Positions 37,011 to 50,614 of a stretch of 64,000 nt of DNA are shown piece after piece (positions within the stretch are counted from its first letter, which is position 1; each line of letters starts with the position of its first letter). Origin of the DNA: Octopus sinensis (taxonomy: Eukaryota). A program made the translations under genes and the position numbers. The DNA is taken from assembly GCF_006345805.1 (NCBI RefSeq), contig NC_043025.1, positions 12,152,001 to 12,216,000 of the forward strand, in the 5' to 3' direction. The notes beneath the pieces are model-generated. The model saw only the letters and a list, made by a program, of their open reading frames with translations, did no database searches and had not been told where the DNA came from.

Positions 37011-37296
37011 AATAAGGCCAATAAATATATTCTTGCATTATTCATTATTGTTTTTAAAAAAGAAATCACACCAAATCTGCACAAATGACCACCGTCACCG
37101 CGATCACATACACCAATCATACATACGTGTGTGTGTGTGTGTGTATATATGTGGCTATATGTCTGACTAATGTGTGTATGTCTGTATTTATTGATTGTGT
37201 GTATAAGTAGTTATATGCTTATATTATCCATTATAGTAATATTTGTCTGTTGAAATCCGTTTTAAGGCGGTCAATAGTTTAATTAAAGATGTGTCT

Positions 37297-37328
<32 letters not shown>

Positions 37329-37798
37329 ACATGTGTATATATATATTTGTGTATACACATGTATATATACACATATATATATGTGTGTGAGTGTGAGTGT
37401 GTGTGCGTGTATGTATGTATGTATACAGGGTGTGAAGCATGAAGCATTTTATTGCGAGAAAGAAATATTTATAAGATGGTATAAGACTTCAAAAGAACAT
37501 ATTAGACTTTACAAAACTTTAACAAACTTTTGTAAGAGGCATAGAGAGTGTCGATATTAATGTTCAATACATAAAATTTAATTTCATTTTTACTGCCGCG
37601 TGAGCACCTCCTAAGGACTTTGAAGGGTTTGCTACCAAGTTTATCTGAAATATTTAGGGAGTTTCGTCTAATAGAACAATTAGGCCTACCGTTTCTTGCT
37701 GGGTCTTCGTCCATTGAGCCTGTGTTATCAAATCCCACACAGGGTCACCATGTGGAAGAACTGTATTTCGCAAAGTTCCATAGTATCTGTGTATGGGA

Positions 37799-38819
37799 CT
37801 ACTAGCGAACAGTGGTCCCGGTGCGCGCACTCGCGCTAGCTAGACATAAGTAGTCGATCCTACAACGACTTGCGCATAAGCTTGTATTTCAAGGCTGAAA
37901 ATTAAATAATATTTTAATATAATTAAATAATATTTTTCGAGCAAAGTAAATAATTTTTTAAACTAAGTAAATAAATTATTTTTATAAACAAACTAGGGTT
38001 AGGTTTAGGGTTAAAAAATTAGGTTTAGGATTAGAGATCTCTTTGATTTGAACGGCAGTTTTTTTTAAATAATTTCCACGTAACTAAACACTTTTAAATT
38101 TCGTATACTGATAGAATGTGTTTATAAAACATCTTTTTCTCTTGGCTTTACTGAGAAAATTCTATAGTTTGTAAGATATTTGTTGGGGATTTTTCTCTTC
38201 AATTTCTGCAATTTCAACTAATCACTGACGTCTATTGAGGTAAAAAGACAATCTGTGTCGTATGAATATGTCCCTCGTTTAAGAAACAGATTGGGTTTAT
38301 TTACATTTGTGAAGAAAAAAAAGATACCCTTCCTCCCACCCCTAACCCTAAAACAGATTGAAATGCAATAGATCGATTCTAGGGTCATAATTATGGGTGA
38401 CAATTTCATATGACACTGCAAGAAAAAACTGCCGGTCAAACCGAAAAGATCCTTTATTTTTTTTTTCCTAACCCCCAAACTTACCGAGAAAATTGATTAA
38501 AACTTTTTCTAATGGACTTTCCCTCTTTCTTCTGTCATTAAAACAACCAGTTGCTTAGAACCCTAACCCTAAAACAGATTGAAATGCAATAGATCGATAC
38601 TAGGGTCATAATTATGGGTGACAATTTCATATGACACCGCTAGAAAAAACTGCCGGTCAAACCGAAAAGATCCAATAATTTTTTAAACTAAATAAATAAA
38701 TTATTTTTTATAAACAAAGTTTAGGGTTAGGGATAAAAAATAAGGTTTAAGTTTAAAAAGTCGTTGTGGGATCGACTACTTACGTCTAGCTAGCTCGGAT
38801 GCTACTTGTTCGCTAGTAG
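37799..38819. mobile_element. TIR element (ctactagcgaaca...tgttcgctagtag) with nested GATCTTTTCGGTTTGA-type MITE pieces
   Basis: Inverted blocks ctagctagacataagtagtcgatcctacaacgactt / aagtcgttgtgggatcgactacttacgtctagctag; short relative at 31243-31363. Confidence 0.7.
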
Positions 38820-38859
38820 CACCGAAGAACAGTATTTTGGAAAAGTTTCATAGTATCTG

Positions 38860-39235
38860 TGTATTTGTTTCCATCTGGAAACAGCCATGTGGATTCTTCG
38901 ATGGCCCTGCACGATGTTGACACGTCGCAAGGTTGCCGACGACTACGGGGTAAATGTCTGACGCGTATCCGCCCCCAACGTACAGTTACATCCAACGTGC
39001 GCATGCGCGGCGGGACTTCTCGAATGTCGGCAGACATTTTGAAAGCCCCGTTTTATACGTCTACTGGCAGCTAAGCCCGGTTTCATCCATTCTGTTAGGA
39101 TGATGTGGCTGTGATCGCTTGCGGTTAGGCATAATCTATAACAGCTGGAGGTTCCAATCGAAACAGGGGACCCGAAACGATAAGGTTGACAAACGCTATG
39201 CGAAAATTTCCTGACCCCCCCCCCCCGTCAGAAAA
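38860..39235. promoter_or_regulatory. CpG-rich unique segment with NRF1-like (TGCGCATGCGC, 38998-39008) and GC-box (CCGCCCC, 38969-38975) motifs
   Basis: Locally high CpG density against a CpG-poor background. Confidence 0.35.
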
Positions 39236-39237
39236 CA

Positions 39238-40232
39238 GCTTCTAAGCAACTGGTTGTTTTAATGGCAGAAAAAAGAGGGGAAATTCCATTAGAAAGAGTT
39301 TTAATTGATTTTCTGGGTAAGTTTGGGGGTTAGGAAAAAAAAAATAAAGGATCTTTTCGGTTTGAACGGCAGTTTTTTTCTAGTGGTGTCATATGAAATT
39401 GTCACCCCTAATTATGACCCTAGTCTCGATCTATTGCATTTCTATCTGTTTAAGGGTTTGGGTTAGTTAGAGTTCTAAGCAACTGGTTGTTTTAATGGCA
39501 GAAAAAAGAGGGGAAATTCCATTAGAAAAAGTTTTAATTGATTTTCTGGGTAAGTTTGGGGGTTAGGAAAAAAAATAATAAAGGATCTTTTCGGTTTGAC
39601 TGGCAGTTTTTTCTAGCGGTGTCATATGAAATTGTCACCCATAATTATGATCCTAGTATCGATCTATTGCATTTCAATCTGTTTTAGGGTTAGGGTTAGT
39701 TAGGATTCTAAGCAACTGGTTGTTTTAATGATAGGAGAAAGAGGGAAATTCCATTAGGAAAGTTTTAATCGATTTTCTCGGTAAGTTTGGGGGCTAGGAA
39801 AAAATACAAACTACATTCCAATCTATACACCCGGTGTCACATGTGTGCCATTTGTCATGTGAATCCACCCAGCCGTTAGGCTGTGAACCTCAAGACAAGA
39901 AGGAATACAACGATCGCCCATGTCCAAATTTATATTATAGAATCTGCATTTGACTCAGCTTGTGATGGTTTTGGCTTAACCATCAACTTGAAAAAATTAG
40001 GGATCTTTTCGGTTTGACCGGCAGTTTTTTCTAGCGGTGTCATATGAAATTGTCACCCATAATTATGACCCTAGTATCGATCTATTACATTTCAATCTGT
40101 TTTAGGGTTAGGGGTGGGGGGAAGGGTATCTGTTTTCCTTCACAAATGTAAATAAACCCAATCTGTTTCTTAAACGAGGGACATATTCATACGGCACAGA
40201 ATGTTTGTTTTTTTTTACCTCAATAGACGACC
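39238..40232. repeat. About 234-bp tandem units of a MITE-like family with short TTAGGG motifs
   Basis: Units start near 39240, 39474 and 39707; related pieces at 38035-38673, 50669-51657 and 60045-60325. Confidence 0.7.
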
Positions 40233-40416
40233 CAATTCGTCTCGCATAAGCAGTGATCACGCAAGCCTTATGTCTACCCTCGATGCAGAGATATCTTGGA
40301 ATCTATTTATAAAGTAGGGGAAAACCCACTGTAAATGGCTTAGTTGGACGCGAAAAGGCTGTCTCTATCAATCTCTCTCATTCTCCCCCTTTCTCTCTAC
40401 ATATCTCTCTATATAA

Positions 40417-40812
40417 ACTAGCAGTATCGCCCGGAGTTGCTCGGGTTTGTAAGGGAAATAACTATATAAGCATTTTTAGAGGGTTATAGCCAAAAAATAA
40501 CAAAAAATGCGCTAAAAATGGAAAAAAAATTATGGTAAATTATTTTTAAAATCGTTGACTCATCAGACATTTTTAGAGAGTTACTTCCCTTATATAATAG
40601 CGAAAAAATGCATTAAAATGGAAAAAAATGATAGTAAATTATTTTTAAAATCGTAGACTCATCGTAGACGCGCGCTAATACCCAGAAGGGCTCGATATGA
40701 ATCACGACTATAAGATACCCGCTTTTGGTTAAACTGCACCGCAAAATGTGGGAGTAGTTAGGAATCTAAATCGTAGGAGACAGACACACAACTTCACTTT
40801 TATATATAAAGA
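40417..40812 (-). mobile_element. Non-autonomous Helitron-like element
   Basis: Same termini on the reverse strand. Confidence 0.75.
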
Positions 40813-40943
40813 TATACATTTCCAGTGGTCTAACGTGTAATATTTAGTCAAATAGATTATATATTAGTCATACGATATAGTGTATATTTAAACACAAGGA
40901 ATCCACTTATAAGGATTCTACACGCTAGAAAGAACAGCTAGGT

Positions 40944-40979
40944 TACATACATACATACATATAAACATACATACATACA

Positions 40980-41011
<32 letters not shown>

Positions 41012-41067
41012 AACATACATACATACACACATATATAGATACATACATACATATAAACATACATACA

Positions 41068-41099
<32 letters not shown>

Positions 41100-41530
41100 A
41101 ACATACATACATACATACATATATAGATACATACGTACATACACACATACATACATACATACACACATACATAAATATATACATACATACATACATTCAT
41201 ACATACATACATACATATATACATACGTACATACATACATTCATACATACATACATACATACATACATACATACATACATACATACATACATACATACAT
41301 ACATACATACATGCATACATACATACATACACACACATACATACATACAAACATACGTACGTACATACAAACATACATACATACACATACATACACACAT
41401 ACATACAAACATACATTTAAACATACATACATACGTACATACATACATACACACATACATACATACACATACAAACACACATTCATACATACATACACAC
41501 ATACATACATACACACACACACACACATAC
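40944..41530. repeat. (CATA)n microsatellite
   Basis: Direct inspection. Confidence 0.95.
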
Positions 41531-42051
41531 CTACATGCAAAGATCACATAGTTTTCTTTGTACCACAGAAGTACAGAGGTTATCTTAGAATCCATTTATA
41601 ACAGAGGGGAAATCCCATTGTAAATGGCTTCGCGGGACAAGAATATGCTCTCTCTAAACCTGTACAGAACTGCACCTTCCATTTTTTGCTGTTCATGTAC
41701 TGCTTAAAGGCCCGTTTCTTTCCTTCCAAGCTTACTGGTTAAACCATGTTTGTGTTACCCCAGTCAACAGCCTTATCATTACTGCTACTTTAAACTCTTC
41801 GGTTGCAAATTTTCTGTGAATAAAATTGTTCTTCTTTAGAATAGAAAAAAAAAGTCTATCTTTATTTCTTCTTTTTGCTGGTGTCTCAAATTTAGGGTAA
41901 ATCAGTGTTTCTCAAAGGGGAGGCCTAGGGGACAGTCGGACAAGTTGTTTTGAGAAAATTTGGTGTAAATGTTTGACAACTCAGCACTGTCCATTGGACA
42001 GGAGGCGTTTTGGTCATATATATATATATATATACATACATACATACATAC

Positions 42052-42095
<44 letters not shown>

Positions 42096-42098
<3 letters not shown>

Positions 42099-42490
42099 CG
42101 CAGGAGTGGCTGTGTGGTAAGTAGCTTGCTAACCAACCACATGGTTCCAGGTTCAGTCCCACTGCGTGGCATCTTGGGCAAGTGTCTTCTGCTATAGCCC
42201 AAGGCCGACCAATGCCTTGTGAGTGGATTTGGTAGATGGAAACTGAAAGAAGCCTGTCATATATATGTATATATATATGCGTGTGTGTTTGTGTGTTTGT
42301 CCCCCTAGCATTGCTTGACAACCGATGCTGGTGTGTTTATGCCCCCGTCACTTAGCGGTTCGGCAAAAGAGACCGATAGAATAAGTACTGGGCTTACAAA
42401 GAATAAGTCCCGGGGTCGATTTTCTCGACTAAAGGCGGTGCTCCAGCATGGCCGCAGTCAAATGACTGAAACAAGTAAAAGAGTAAAAGA
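42096..42490 (+). mobile_element. SINE family A
   Basis: Consensus head and tail. Confidence 0.85.
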
Positions 42491-42708
42491 TATATATATA
42501 TATATGTCTTTAAAATAAAGCTGGACCTATTCCTGTCAGGTATCCCAGATGAACCAACTTCACGGCAGGAGGTGCAGATGAGGGCAGCTGCGTCGAACTC
42601 TCTCATGCACCAAATGTTAATTGCTAAAAAGCATTCGTGAAGTAAAATCATGTAGCAACACCAAATGGCGGTGCTCCAGCATGGCCACAGCTCGTGAGCT
42701 AAAACTAG

Positions 42709-42750
<42 letters not shown>

Positions 42751-42850
42751 ATATATACATACATACACACACATATATATATATACATATAAATATATAT
42801 ATATATACCCCTATCTCATTTTATAATATATACATATATATATACATATG

Positions 42851-42882
<32 letters not shown>

Positions 42883-43047
42883 CATACACATATATATATA
42901 TACATACACATATATATATACATATATATATACATATATATATATGCATGTAATATAAACATGGTGTGTGTGTATATATATATTGTAATATATAATTATA
43001 TGATATATATATGTATATATATATATGTATATGTATATATATATGTG

Positions 43048-43081
<34 letters not shown>

Positions 43082-43549
43082 TATAATATACATCCGATCG
43101 TGGCCGTTGCCAGCCTCATCTGGCACCTGTGTCGGTGGCACATAAAAACACCATCCGAGCGTGGCCGTCTGCCAGCCTCGTCTGGCACCTGTGTCGGTGG
43201 CACATAAAAAACACCATCCGAGCGTGGCCGTCTGCCAGCCTCGTCTGGCACCTGTGTCGGTGGCACATAAAATCACCCACTACACTCTCGGAGTGGTTGG
43301 CGTTAGGAAGAGCATCCAGCTGTAGAAACACTGCCAGATCTGACTGGCCTGGTGCAGCCTTCGGCTCCCCAGACCCCAGTTGAACCGTCCAACCCATGCT
43401 AGCATGGAAAGCGGCCGTTAAATGATTATGATGATGATGATGATATATATATTATTTATATATATATACTATAAATATATATATATATATAATATATATA
43501 TATATATATAATTTATATATATATATTATATATATGTATATATATATAT

Positions 43550-43604
<55 letters not shown>

Positions 43605-43769
43605 ACAATTGCAGCGTGGAAGGTGTTTGTAAGCCATTTAAGAAACACACAAAGCCGTTTGATTCACTTCAACATTTAAGTTTAATTTGTCAAAATATTT
43701 TCGTCGCTTTGAGACCGCGACCTGTTCACTGACAAAGAATCCGTGCTGCATCTCAGATCAAGTCACTCG

Positions 43770-43813
<44 letters not shown>

Positions 43814-44447
43814 TTATATATATATAGTGATTTGTGTGTGTTTATTTAGCAAATAGATAAAAATAAAATGACCGTCTCGAATTACAATGTTAATTTAACA
43901 GTTAAAGGGCAATAAATCTTGGAGAATAAGTAGTATTATCTCCCTTGATTTTGTTAATCAAATATATTTAAGGCGGCAGAATGGCGAATAGAAACCTAGG
44001 CATTCTTTCGGTTTGACTCGACGATTCAATAACAAGGCTCTAGTTGGCCTGAGGCTATAGTAGAGGATACTTGCCCAAGGTGCCACGCAGTGGGACTGAA
44101 CCCGGAACCATGTGGTTCGTAAGCAAGCTACTTACCACACAGCCATACACATATATACAACGGGCTTCTTTCAGTTTCTGTCTACCAAATCCACTCACAA
44201 GGCTTTGGTCGGCCTGAGGCTATAACAGAAGACACTTGCCCAAGGTGCTACGCAGTGGGACTGAACCCGGAACCATGCTACTTACCACACAGCCACTCCT
44301 ATGCCTATGAGCAAAGGAGTGTCTGTCCAAGATTTGTATAATTTTATAAAATTTGTATAATTTTACCTAAAAAGGTTATTTTAACGTACTGATCTACTTG
44401 GTAAAATTATTAATTATTAATAATTTTACCCTTTTATTATTAATAAA

Positions 44448-46125
44448 GTCTGGCAGCTGACTTGGCAGACACCCATAAAATTATTAACCCTCTTACAAAC
44501 AATAACTCTGAGCACCTTTTCAAACTCCACCTGTCTAACACCCGTGGACATGTTTACAAAGTCAGAAAACAGCACGGCTCCTTCCATGACTTTAAGAAAC
44601 ATTTTTTCACGCTAAGAATTGCTGAAGCATGGAACAAACTGCTGGGATCAGTTGTTAGTTGTTGGAGCACTGCATCCTTCAAAACTTCCATGCTTTCTGA
44701 GATTCGCCAACACTACACCTGATCTTCTCCCCTCCATACACATGCTGAAGCATGGAACAAACTGCTGGGATCAGTTGTTAGTTGTTGGAGCACTGCATCC
44801 TTCAAAACTTCCATGCTTTCTGAGATTCGCCAACACTACACCTGATCTTCTCCCCTCCATACACATGCTGAAGCATGGAACAAACTGCCGGCATCAGTTG
44901 TTAGTTGTCGGAGCACTGAATCCTTCAAAACTTCCATGCTTCCTGAGATTCACCAACACTACACCTGATCTTCTCCCCTCCATACACATGCTGAAGCATG
45001 GAACAAACTGCCGGCATCAGTTGTTAGTTGTCGGAGCACTGCATCCTTCAAAACTTCCATGCTTCCTGAGATTCGCCAACACTACACCTGATCTTCTCCC
45101 CTCCATACACACGCTGAATCATGGAACAAACTGCCGGCATCAGTTGTTCGTTGTCGGAGCACTGCATCCTTCAAAACTTCCATGCTTCCTGAGATTCGCC
45201 AACACTACACCTGATTTTCTCCCCTCCATACACACGCTGAATCATGGAACAAACTGCCGGCATCAGTTGTTCGTTGTCGGAGCACTGCATCCTTCAAAAC
45301 TTCCATGCTTCCTGAGATTCGCCAACACTACACCTGATCTTCTCCCCTCCATACACATGCTGAAGCATGGAACAAACTGCCGGCATCAGTTGTTAGTTGT
45401 CGGAACACTGCATCCTTGAAAACTTCCATGCTTCCTGAGATTCGCCAACACTACACCTGATCTTCTCGCCTCCATACACATGCTGAAGCATGGAACAAAC
45501 TGCCGGCATCAGTTGTTGGTTGTCGGAGCACTGCATCCTTCAAAACTTCCATGCTTCCTAAGATTCACCAACACTACACCTGGTGTTCTCCCTGGAAACT
45601 GTTCAGTGACGTGCAACCAAGAGAATACCCTCCATCAGGCATTTGCCATATTCTGAACGCCTTACTTCTTCCCTGGGCATGGACACATTGAAACTTCGAC
45701 ATCTGCCAGCTGACTTGGCAGACACCCATAAAATTATTAACCATCTGACAAACAATAACTCTGAACACCTTTTCAAACTCCACCAGTCTAACACCTGTGG
45801 ACATATTTACAAAGTCAGAAAACAGCACAGCTCCTTCCATGACATTCGGAAACATTTTTTCACGCTGAGAGTTGCTGAAGCATGGAACAAACTGCCGGCC
45901 TCAGTTGTTAGTTGTCGGAGCACTGCATCCTTCAAAACTTCCATGCTTCCTGAGATTCGCCAACACTACACCTGATTGTCTCCCCTGCATACACACACAA
46001 GCATGTATCTGACTCATACACTGTTCACTTCCCAGACATTTCTACATCACTGCATATACTCTATACACACTTTCTGACAAGTTGTGGTGCACCTGAGCAC
46101 TGTATACAATAATTTCATTATTATT
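44448..46125 (+). mobile_element. CR1-type LINE 3' fragments with an 8x tandem 123-bp amplification (44621-45580)
   Basis: NTRGHVYKV...KHFFTLRVAEAWNKLPASVV...SFK; exact 123-bp period; inverted copy at 53209-53455. Confidence 0.85.
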
Positions 46126-46568
46126 ATACGACAGCAGCTAAATGTGGAGCGGGTGGTGACCTACAATTCGATATAAGAAACCCGGTTGTTTGTTCTACAC
46201 CAGCTAAAAATTACAGATCTCGAATTGCTGGTTTCAAACACAAGAAAAACATATTTATTACAATTGTTTGTTGGTGAAGTTATGAAGCGGTGGTGGTGAC
46301 GTTGGGGGTCGACATAATCAGTAAGATGAAGGAAAAAATGTCAAAAATGAAAGGTATGGTGTGAGAAAATAGAATGAGAAAAGAAATAAAATCAAGAAAA
46401 CGAAGCCCCTTGTTCCTCCCTAATTGTAGAAAGCTCGTTAAATAGAAGTGTTTAAGAACGAAATTACAAGAAAATACATCAAGGTCTGCAAGACAGCAAC
46501 TAAATGTGGAGCAGGTAGTGACCTACATCTTGAATTGCTGGATTCAAACACAGGAAAAACATATTTAT

Positions 46569-47152
46569 AGGCGCAGGAGTGGCTGTGTGGTAAGTAGCTT
46601 GTTTACCAACCACATGGTTCCGGGTTCAGTCCCACTGCGTTGCACCTTGGGCAAGTGTCTTCTGCTATAGCCCCGGGCTGACCAATGCCTTGAGAGTGGA
46701 TTTGGTAGATGGAAACTGAAAGAAGCCTGTCGTATATATGTATGTATATATGTATGTATATATATATATATATTACGTGGTGGCACGTAAAAAGCACCCA
46801 CTACACTCACGGAGTGGTTGGCGTTAGGAAGGGCATCCAGCCGTAGAAACACTGCCAGATTTGACTGGGCCTGATGAAGCCTTCTGGCTTCACAGACCCC
46901 AGTAGAACCGTCCAACCCATGCTAGCATGGAAAACGGACGCTAAACGATGATGATGATGATGATGATATATATATATATATATATAGGCGTAGGAGTGGC
47001 TGTGTGGTAAGTAGCTTGTTTACCAACCACATGGTTCCGGGTTCAGTCCCACTGCGTGGCACCTTGGGCAAGTGTCTTCTGCTATAGCCCCGGGCCGACC
47101 AATGCCTTGTGAGTGGATTTGGTAGACGGAAACTGAAAGAAGCCTGTCGTAC

Positions 47153-47210
<58 letters not shown>

Positions 47211-47590
47211 CGTAGGAGTGGCTGTGTGGTAAGTAGCTTGCTAACCAATCACATAGTTCCGGGTTCAGTCCCACTGCGTTGCACCTTGGGTAAGTGTCTT
47301 CTGCTATAGCCCCGGGCCGACCAATGCCTTGTGAGTGGATTTGGTAGACGGAAATGTGTGTGTATGTGTTTGTGTGTCTGTGTTTGTCCCCCCAAGCATT
47401 GCTTGACAACCGATGCTGGTGTGTTTACGTCCCCGTCACTTAGCGGTTCGGCAAAAAGAGGCCGATAGAATAAGTACTGGGCTTACAAAAAAGAATAAGT
47501 CCCGGGGTCGATTTGCTCGACTAAAAAATGCGGTGCTCCAGCATGGCCGCTGTGAAATGACTGAAACAAGTAAAAGAGTAAAAGAGAGAG
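46569..47590 (+). mobile_element. SINE A tandem cluster with a nested family B tail
   Basis: Three A heads; B segment 46775-46965 with a (GAT)n tail. Confidence 0.8.
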
Positions 47591-47849
47591 TATTACAATT
47601 ATTTATTGGTGAAGTTTTGAAGGGGGTCGATGCAATCTATAAGAGAAAGGAAAGAAATGTCAAGAAGGAAAGAAATGTCAAGAAGGAAAGTAAGGAGTGG
47701 TCGAGAAGGGGAGAAAATATGTGATTTCCCAAGGTGTGCAAGAATGCTGGCTAGCTTACTCATGCCTACACACTACAACACCCAGGTAACTTTAATCAGT
47801 CACACACATTCATAATGCAAAATACACACCCACATACATACATTACAAT

Positions 47850-47897
47850 ATATACACACACGCACACTCACACACACAGGTATTTACATAAAGCAGT

Positions 47898-47928
<31 letters not shown>

Positions 47929-47986
47929 GATATTCACATAAAGCAGTACACACACACACACACACACACACATATTTACATAAAGC

Positions 47987-48027
<41 letters not shown>

Positions 48028-48346
48028 ATTTACATAAAGCAGTACACACACACACACACACACACAGATTTTTACATAAACCAGTACACACACACAGATT
48101 TTTACATAAACCAGTACACACACACACACACACACACAGATTTTTACATAAACCAGTACACACATACATACACACACACACACACAGATTTTTACATAAA
48201 CCAGTACACACACACACACACACACAGATTTTTACATAAACCAGTACACACACACACAGATTTTTACATAAACCAGTACACACACACACAGAGGTATTTA
48301 CATAAATCAGTACACACACACACACACAGAGGTATTTACACAAACC

Positions 48347-48382
<36 letters not shown>

Positions 48383-48415
48383 TTTTTACATAAACCAGTA
48401 CACACACACACACGA
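47850..48415. repeat. Minisatellite: gatttttacataaaccagta core separated by variable (CA)n
   Basis: More than a dozen cores with variable CA spacers. Confidence 0.9.
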
Positions 48416-48499
48416 CAGTATAATTCCACACAGAGACACTTAAACTAAATCTACACACATATATATGTTCATATCCAAATTGACACTCCCATATCACTA

Positions 48500-48604
48500 G
48501 ACTTCTTCCTGGCAAAGTTTCACAAGTTCCTGCTGCTGTTTCTAACGACTAAAACTTCCAAATTATTCCTGAGATAGGAAATCGAAATCCAACAAGCAAA
48601 TCAG
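48500..48604 (+). promoter_or_regulatory. Candidate non-coding first exon / promoter-proximal region of the ANK-RING gene
   Basis: Unique sequence ending CAG|GTAAAT at 48604/48605. The acceptor before ATG 50531 needs an upstream exon, and splicing here puts an in-frame TAA upstream of the ATG. The 5' boundary is approximate. Confidence 0.35.
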
Positions 48605-48676
48605 GTAAATATTACTGTGATAATTGTTTTAATTAGTAATTTACATTGTAATAATTCTTTTATTAGACCTAATTAA

Positions 48677-49150
48677 GGTGGCGAACTGCCAGAAAAGTTA
48701 GCAACCCGGGCGAAATGCTTAGCAGTATTTCGTCTGCCGTTACGTTCTGAATTCAAATTCAGCCGAGGTCGACTTTGCCTTTCATCATTTCGGGGTCGAT
48801 AAATTAAGTACCAGTTACGCACTGGGGTCGATATAATCGACTTAATACCTATGTCTGTCCTTGTTTGTCCCCTCTGTGTTTACCCCCTTGTGGGTAGTAA
48901 AGAAATAGGTATTTCGTCTGTCTTTACATTCTGAGTTCAAATTCTGCAAAGGTCGACTTTGTCTTTCATCCTTTCAGGGTCGATAAATTAAGTACCAGTT
49001 ATGCACTGGCGTTGATATAATCGAATTAATACCTATGTCTGTCCTTGTTTGTCCTCTCTGTGTTTAGCCCCTTGTGGGTAGTAAAGAAATAGGTATTTTG
49101 TCTGTCTTCATGTTCTGAGTTCAGATTCCACCGAGGTGGACTTTGCCCTC
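48677..49150 (+). mobile_element. SINE family D, tandem partial copies
   Basis: gttctgagttcaaattc...gaggtcgactttgcctttcatcc...ggggtcgataaattaagtacc; also at 59727-60045(-). Confidence 0.75.
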
Positions 49151-50530
49151 TGTAGGAGCTATTGCCAAAGTCTGCACGGAATGAGGCTTTTAAGCTAGTT
49201 TTTTAATAAGTTTAGTGAAAGGGTGAGAATGGCCCTTCCTACGTGCCATTGGTTTACCAGGGTCTCCGAGAGAGCTGGGTAGCAGGAAGTGTCTTTGAAA
49301 TAGGAAAACTAACATGAATGCATACAACAGAGAAATTGTCTGCTAAAATGAGCCCAAGGGCCCAGGGGTGGTCCTAAGATAGGTGATATAGTAAGTCTGT
49401 CACTCAGGTAGGCCATGGTAGGATTTGAACATAGAGCCAGATGAATACCTCAAGGCATCTTGTCTAATGTCTAATGATTCCATTAGGCCAACACCTTAGA
49501 CTTGTATTTTATTTATTGACCCCTGAAGGAGAAAAAGCAAATTGACGTGACCAGGATTTGAACCCTGAATTTATAGAGCCAGATTAGCTGATGAACAGAT
49601 TATACATTCCATTATTTAGGGTTTAATTATAACCAATCAGACTGCAATTAGCAATGACTGTCAATAAGTTTATTAGCATCATAAAGAACATTCAATTATA
49701 AATAATCATCTTCATCATCATCGTTTAATGTCCAGTTTCCATGCTAGCAAGGGTCGGACGGTTCGACTGGGGTCTGGGAAGCCAGGAGGCTGCGCCAGGC
49801 TCCAGTCTGATCTGGCAGTGTTTCTACAGCTGGATGCCCTTCCTTATGCCAACCACTCCGAGAGTGTAGTGGGTGCTTTTTACGTGCCACCAACACAGGT
49901 GCCAGACGGGGCTGGCAGTGGCCACGATTTGTTGGTGCTTTTTACGTGCCACCAACACAGGTGCCAGGGGAGGCTGGCAACGGCCACGATCGGTTGGTGC
50001 TTTTTACGTACCACCGGCACAGAAGCCAGTCAAGGTGGCGCTGGCATCGGACACATATGGATCGTGCTTTTTAGGTGCGAGGGGAGGCTGGCAACGGCCA
50101 CGATCGGTTGGTGCTTTTTACGTGCCACTGGCACGAAAGCCAGTCAAGGTGGCGCTGGCATCGGCCACATATGGATCGTGCTTTTTAGGTGCCAGGGGAG
50201 GCTGGCAACAGCCACGATCGGTTGGTGCTTTTTACGTGCCACTGGCACGAAAGCCAGTCAAAGACCTACGGATGGTGCTTTTTACGTGCTACCGGCACAG
50301 ATGCCAGGGGAGGCTGGCAACGGCCACGATTGGTGCCACCAGCACGGAAGCCAGTCAAGGTGTCAATTCAACTATAAATGATACTTTAGATAAACTGAAG
50401 ATTCCAATATTCGTGTCATTTTATGTGGGGTTTTAGAACCATCATCTTCTATCTATTGTTCTTTACCTCATTTTATAAGTTTTTTTGAAGCTGTTTTTCT
50501 TTCTTTTTTCACTTCTTTTATTCAAAAGAC

Positions 50531-50614
50531 ATGGATATTCATAAGATTATTGAGAAAATTGATGGAGGGGACATAGAAGGTGCCAAAAACTTGATAAAGA
50601 AATATTCAGATGTA
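50531..50614 (+). CDS. ANK-RING gene coding exon 1 (MDIHKIIEKIDGGDIEGAKNLIKKYSDV)
   Basis: Strong polypyrimidine tract and AG at 50527-50528, ATG at 50531, donor GTAAGT at 50615, phase 0 matching the next exon. Confidence 0.75.

Noticed and set aside
37995-39700. Interstitial telomere (TTAGGG)
   Set aside because: Only 2-3 imperfect units at a time, all inside a dispersed MITE-like family.
46131-46568. Imperfect direct repeat (acagcagctaaatgtggagc...aaacatatttat) as LTRs
   Set aside because: No TG...CA termini, primer-binding site or internal coding sequence.
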